64,000 nt of DNA from an uncultured Actinomycetes bacterium (lineage in GTDB: Bacteria; Actinomycetota; Thermoleophilia; Gaiellales; Gaiellaceae), in contig CAWKLE010000002.1 in NCBI GenBank assembly GCA_963850415.1, positions 93,865 through 157,864 of the forward strand, in the 5' to 3' direction. Made by a program: the position numbers and the translations under genes. Each line of letters opens with the position of its first letter. Within the stretch, counting starts at the first letter, position 1. Below are positions 59,684-64,000 of this stretch, piece after piece. The notes below the pieces were generated by a model. The model saw nothing but the letters and a program-made list of their open reading frames with translations. It did no database searches and had not been told where the DNA came from.

Positions 59684-61653
59684 TTGTCGCGGAGCGTCGA
59701 CGTCCTCGCGGGCGTCGGGCCGGCGGTCACCAAGCGGCTGGGCAAGCTCGGGCTCGGGACGATCGCCGACCTGCTCGAGCACCGCCCGCACCGCTACGAA
59801 GCCGCGGCCGAGGAGGTGCGGATCGCCGACCTGCTCGCCGGCGAGCAGGAGGTCGCGATCTCGGGCGAGGTCGTTCGGACGACCGTTCGGCGACCGCGGC
59901 GACGCCTGGCGATCGTCCAGGCGCGCATCGCCGACGACAGCGGTCAGATCACGGCGGTCTGGTTCAATCAGGCCTGGCTCGCGGACAAGCTCAAGCCGGG
60001 CACGCATGTCCGGCTGCGCGGCCACCTGCGGCGGAACGAGTTCAACGTCCGCTCGTACGACCTGAACGGCGCTTCCGCGACGGCCGACTTCGCGCCCGTC
60101 TATCCCGCGACGGAGGATCTGACGGTCAAGAAGCTGCGCGAGGTGATCGGGCTCGCGCTGCCCCAGGCGCGCGACTTTCCGGATCCCGTCCCGGCCGGAG
60201 TCGCCGACGAGCTGCCGCTCCGAGCCGACGCGCTCACGGCGCTGCACGTCCCGCGCACTCCGGAGGACGCGGAGCTCGGTCGCAGGAGGCTCGCGTTCGA
60301 GGAGCTGCTCGTGCTCCAGGTCGGGCTCGCCCGCAGGCGCCGGGGGCGCGAGCGCGACGAGGCTCCGGCGCTCGGCGAGCCGGGCGAGCTGACCGCGCGC
60401 TACCGCGAGCTGCTCCCGTTCAGCCTGACGCGCACCAGGAACGCGCGATCGAGGAGATCGACGCCGACCTCGCCCGATCGACGCCGATGGAGCGCCTGCT
60501 CCAGGGAGAGGTCGGCTCGGGCAAGACCGTCGTCGCGCTGTACGCGCTCCTACGGGCGGTCGAGTCGGGCCGCAAAGGCGCGCTCATGGCCCCGACCGAG
60601 ACGCTCGCCGAGCAGCACTTCCTGACGCTGGAGGAGCCGTGCCGCGAGCTCGGCGTCGAGGTCGCGCTCCTCACGCGTTCGGTGAAGGACGATCCGGGCT
60701 CGGCGCAGATCCTCGTCGGCACGCACGCGCTGATCCAGGAAGGCGTCGACCTGAGCGAGGTCGCCGTTGCCGTCGTCGACGAGCAGCATCGTTTCGGCGT
60801 CGAGCAGCGCCGTGCGATCACCGGTGGCCGTACGCCACACGTCCTGCACATGACCGCGACGCCTATCCCGCGCACGCTCGCCCTCACCGTCTACGGAGAC
60901 CTCCAGGTGAGCGAGATCGCGAAGCCGCCGGCGAACCGGAAGCCGGTCAAGACCGCGTGGGTCACCGAGGACCGCTCGAGCGAGGCGTACCGACGCCTGC
61001 GCAAGCACCTCGACGCCGGCCGCCAGGCGTACGTCGTCTGCCCGCTGATCGAGGAGTCGGAGACGTCGGTCGCCCGAGCAGCCGAGCGCGAGGCCGAGCG
61101 GCTGCGCAAGGGCGAGCTGAAGGGCTACCGCGTCGGGCTCATGCACGGGCGGCTGCGACCCGCGGAGCGCCGCGAGCTGATGGCGCAGTTCAAGGCGCGT
61201 GAGCTCGACGTGCTCGTGGCGACGACCGTGATCGAGGTCGGCGTCGACGTCCCGAACGCGACGATCATGATCGTCCAGGAAGCCGACCGCTTCGGGCTCG
61301 CGCAGCTGCACCAGCTCCGCGGGCGCGTCGGTCGCGGAGCCGAGCAGTCGTACTGCCTGCTCGTGTCGCGCGCGAAGGAGGAACTGACCGATTCCGCGCT
61401 GGCGCGGCTCGAGGCGCTCGTCTCGACGACCGACGGCTTCGAGCTCGCCGACAAGGATCTCGAGATCCGCGGCGAGGGCCAGCTCCTCGGCAAGCGGCAG
61501 GCGGGCTACTCGGATCTCCGGTTCACACGCCTTCGCTCGGACCGCAAGCTGCTCGAGCGCGCGCGGGAGGTCGCCGACACGCTCGTCGACTACGAGGGCC
61601 CGCTGAACGACGAGGTCGAGCGGGTCTTTGCCGGCCAGGACGTCCAGGCCTGA
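59684..61653 (+). pseudogene. recG: ATP-dependent DNA helicase RecG, one frameshift (~60431)
   Basis: TTG 59684 ((M)SRSVDVLAGVGPAVTKRLGKLGLGTIADLL) and the wedge/OB region are in the frame of ORF 58961..60625. The helicase part (QERAIEEI..D......MERLLQGEVGSGKT, VVDEQHRFG, MTATPIPRT, QLRGRVGRG) is in the frame of ORF 59647..61653. Confidence 0.9.
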
Positions 61654-61961
61654 TGAGGACGCGTGACTGGGTGACCGCGGTCGTGCTCGGCCTGATCCTT
61701 GGCGCGCTCCTGTTGATCTACTTCCCGGCCGCAATGGTCGCCGCGATCGCCTCGGGCGTGGTCGCGGCCGTGCGAGAATTGCGCTCGCTCTGGCCGCTGG
61801 TCGTGGGCCTCGTCGGTGGCCTGGGAGCGGTTGCGTCCGACCTCGTGGCCAACCGAGGGCTCGTCGGCTTCCACCTCGCCGTCACGTTCACGATGTGCGC
61901 GCTCGCGTGGTCGGCGTGGTCGATCACCAGCCGTCTGATCCGTGCGGATCATCGCGGGTAG
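61653..61961 (+). CDS. small integral membrane protein (3 TM)
   Basis: 102-aa hydrophobic ORF. Its ATG overlaps the recG TGA and its 3' end overlaps the rsmD start. Confidence 0.45.
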   Translation: MRTRDWVTAVVLGLILGALLLIYFPAAMVAAIASGVVAAVRELRSLWPLVVGLVGGLGAVASDLVANRGLVGFHLAVTFTMCALAWSAWSITSRLIRADHRG

Positions 61962-62470
61962 CCGCAAGGGAGCGCGGATCTTCGCGCCCAAGGGAGAGAC
62001 GCGTCCGACGGGCGACCGCGTGCGCGAGGCGGCCTTCAACCTGATCGGGCCCGTCGACGAGATGGCCGTCCTCGACCTGTTCGCGGGCTCCGGGGCGATG
62101 GGTCTCGAGGCGCTCTCCCGCGGCGCCGCGACCGCGGTCTTCGTCGAGTCGGACCGCGACGCGCAGCGCGCGATCGAGCGCAACCTGGACAAGCTCGACC
62201 TGACCGGGGCCCGGATCGTCAAGTCCGATGCGCGGCGCGCACTAGCGGCCGAAGCGGCTGCGGGCAGTCGCTACGATCTCATGCTCGTCGACCCGCCCTA
62301 CCGGATGTTCGACTCCCTCCAGCCGACACTCGCCGCGTACCTGCCTGCGCTTCTCGCTCAGGACGGCCTCATCGTGGTCGAGACCGACAAGCGCACGGAG
62401 CCCGAGTTGCCGCTCGTCGCAGCGGACGAGCCGCACGTACGGCTCGGCGCGGCTCACACTCTTCGAATGA
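61942..62470 (+). pseudogene. rsmD: 16S rRNA (guanine966-N2)-methyltransferase RsmD, one frameshift (~62410-62420)
   Basis: (M)RIIAGSRKGARIFAPKGETRPTGDRVREAAFN, LDLFAGSGAMGLEALSRGA and LVDPPY are present. The typical end RTYGSARLTLFE* (TGA 62468-62470) is in the +1 frame, so the track shows a false RsmD-CoaD fusion. Confidence 0.85.
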
Positions 62471-62997
62471 GCACCAACGATCTGCGGACTGCAATCTGCC
62501 CGGGCAGCTACGACCCGGTCACGCTCGGCCACCTGGACATCATCCGCCGCGCCGCGATCATCTTCGACCGAGTCGTGGTCGGGGTCGTCCGCGAGCCGAG
62601 CCACAAGCAGACGATGTTCTCGGTCGAGGAGCGCGTCGCCTTCCTCGAGGAGGCGCTGCGCGACCAGGACAACGTCGAGGTCGACGTCTTCTCCGAGCTC
62701 GTCGTCGAGTTCGCGAGGCGCTGGGGCTCCAGGACGATGGTCAAGGGCCTGCGCGTGATCTCGGACTTCGAGTGGGAGTTCCAGATGAACCACCTGAACC
62801 GCACGCTCGCTCCGGACGTGGAGACCGTGTACCTGATGTCGAATCCGCAGTACAGCTTCGTCTCCTCGAGCGGCGTCAAGGAGGTCGCGTCGTTCGGCGG
62901 CAACGTCGACGAGCTCGTGCCCGAGCCGGTCGCGCGCCGCTTCAAGGAGATGTTCCCCTCGGGCAAGCCCGGCGCGCCCGTGTCGCCGCAGGAATGA
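62467..62997 (+). CDS. coaD: pantetheine-phosphate adenylyltransferase
   Basis: ATG 62467 (ATGA overlap). CPGSYDPVTLGHLDIIRRA, KGLR.ISDFE.E and SS..VKEVA are present. Confidence 0.9.
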   Translation: MSTNDLRTAICPGSYDPVTLGHLDIIRRAAIIFDRVVVGVVREPSHKQTMFSVEERVAFLEEALRDQDNVEVDVFSELVVEFARRWGSRTMVKGLRVISDFEWEFQMNHLNRTLAPDVETVYLMSNPQYSFVSSSGVKEVASFGGNVDELVPEPVARRFKEMFPSGKPGAPVSPQE

Positions 62998-63887
62998 GCC
63001 GCCGGGCACGCATCCTCGTCATCGTCGCCGGGCTCGTCGTCCTGGCGGCCGTCGTGGCCGCGCTCGGCTATGCGTTCACGCGCGACGACGGGCCGCACAA
63101 GCCGCGCTACCCGGGTCGGATCGCGGTCCGCGAGGGCTGCGGCCTCAGGCACATGTTCTTCGACGCCAGCGATCAGAAGGTGATGTGCCTCCAGAACGTG
63201 TTCGACACGGTCAGCGTGTCCCGGAACGGCGACAAGCTCGCCTGGGACACGAAGGGCGGCAACGCGATCATCGTGTCCGGCGTCGACGGCACGAGCCCGG
63301 TCAACGTCCCTGTTCCGCTCGGGGCGAACAGCGCGCCGAGCCTCTCGCCCGACGGAACGAAGATCGCGTTCCTGCACTCGCCGAGGAACGACGGCAACTA
63401 CGACATCTGGGTCACGTCGACCACGGCCTCGGACGCCGAGCAGGAGACGAACACTCGCAACGTCTCCGACGTCGTCTGGTCGCCGACGGGCGACTGGCTC
63501 GCGTACGTCCAGAACTGGTCCGAGCAGACGCTCGAGGGCCAGATCTCGCTCGTCCGTCCGAACGGCGACGACGCGCACACGCTCCTCCCGGGCGACTCGC
63601 CGGACTGGTCGCCCGACGGGAAGCATCTCGTCTACGTCCACAACGGCTCGATCTGGACGGCCGACTCCGACGGCACCGACGCGCACCAGCTGATCCCGAA
63701 CGGCCACTCACCGGCCTGGTCGCGCGACGGCCAGATGATCGCCTTCATGCGCACCGAGAAGTGCGCGCGGAACATGTGCCCCGAGCGCTCCTACCTCGCC
63801 TTCGCGAATGGCACCGACCCCCATCCGGTGGGCCCCGCGTATGCGAGCGAGCGCCAGGTCGTCTGGCTCCCCGATCCGTTCGAGTAG
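62994..63887 (+). CDS. membrane-anchored WD40-like beta-propeller (TolB/PD40 repeat) protein
   Basis: ATGA overlap with coaD. There is an N-terminal TM. PD40-type repeats are present (SLSPDGTKIAF, VWSPTGDWLAYV, PDWSPDGKHLVYV, HSPAWSRDGQMIAF). Confidence 0.7.
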   Translation: MSRRARILVIVAGLVVLAAVVAALGYAFTRDDGPHKPRYPGRIAVREGCGLRHMFFDASDQKVMCLQNVFDTVSVSRNGDKLAWDTKGGNAIIVSGVDGTSPVNVPVPLGANSAPSLSPDGTKIAFLHSPRNDGNYDIWVTSTTASDAEQETNTRNVSDVVWSPTGDWLAYVQNWSEQTLEGQISLVRPNGDDAHTLLPGDSPDWSPDGKHLVYVHNGSIWTADSDGTDAHQLIPNGHSPAWSRDGQMIAFMRTEKCARNMCPERSYLAFANGTDPHPVGPAYASERQVVWLPDPFE

Positions 63888-63921
63888 CCGTTCTTCCGGA
63901 CCGAGCCATTAGACTGGAGCC

Positions 63922-64000
63922 ATGGACGTCCTCGTTCTGATCGACAAGCTCGACGACCTCGTCCACAACGCGAAGGCCGTTCCTCTGACCGATCAGGTCC
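63922..64000 (+). CDS. 5' fragment of an unassigned gene (runs off the window)
   Basis: ATG 63922. The reading MDVLVLIDKLDDLVHNAKAVPLTDQV... has high GC3. It is too short to assign. Confidence 0.35.
   Translation, partial: MDVLVLIDKLDDLVHNAKAVPLTDQV

Noticed and set aside
61942-62997. Apparent bifunctional RsmD-CoaD fusion (351 aa); likewise MazG-Eno at 34642..36711
   Set aside because: In both cases the upstream gene's canonical C-terminus and stop codon are present one frame away and overlap the downstream ATG (ATGA). A single indel removes the stop from the frame.

Overview
High-GC (roughly 70% by eye, not computed) chromosomal segment with actinobacterial gene order: dnaK-grpE-dnaJ-hspR-clpB, clpS-DUF2017, metG-tatD-rsmA-ispE, glmU-prs, rplY-pth-mfd, mazG-eno, pyk, ftsB-DUF501, recG, rsmD-coaD. 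A Thermoleophilia/Rubrobacteria-like Actinomycetota origin is my inference only. I call about 75 protein genes and one tRNA-Gln(UUG). They are almost all housekeeping, envelope or redox functions. I found no rRNA, CRISPR array, transposase, integrase, phage gene or recognisable defence or toxin system. I cannot point to a clear-cut novel multi-gene system. The most unusual points are: (1) About 40 frame switches (manual tracing) are concentrated in the heat-shock block at about 3.6-11.4 kb, while long genes elsewhere (mfd, eno, pyk, metG core) read through cleanly. This is most likely a local consensus or assembly problem, but a decaying operon copy cannot be excluded from sequence alone. Isolated frameshifts also hit moaA, the M29 aminopeptidase, glmU, mazG, recG and rsmD and create false fusion ORFs in the track. 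(2) Two SD-led tiny ORFs encode extremely acidic or Gly/Gln/Glu-repeat peptides beside an ATP-grasp ligase and an M29 aminopeptidase. (3) A 228-nt hairpin-rich leader with an internal duplicated motif lies upstream of a 57-aa membrane protein and rplY, and is a candidate riboswitch. (4) A perfect actinobacterial SOS box sits in front of a radical-SAM DNA-repair-type gene. (5) There are several promoter and translation-start oddities: an identical extended -10 10-mer at dnaK and inside the mfd 3' end, leaderless-type promoters, a start codon buried in a 12-bp hairpin, and genes lacking a canonical start. (6) A tandem-CcmH protein sits in a ResA/CcdA context without ResB/ResC. All frameshift positions are approximate and hand-traced. 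All family assignments come from motif recognition, not database searches.
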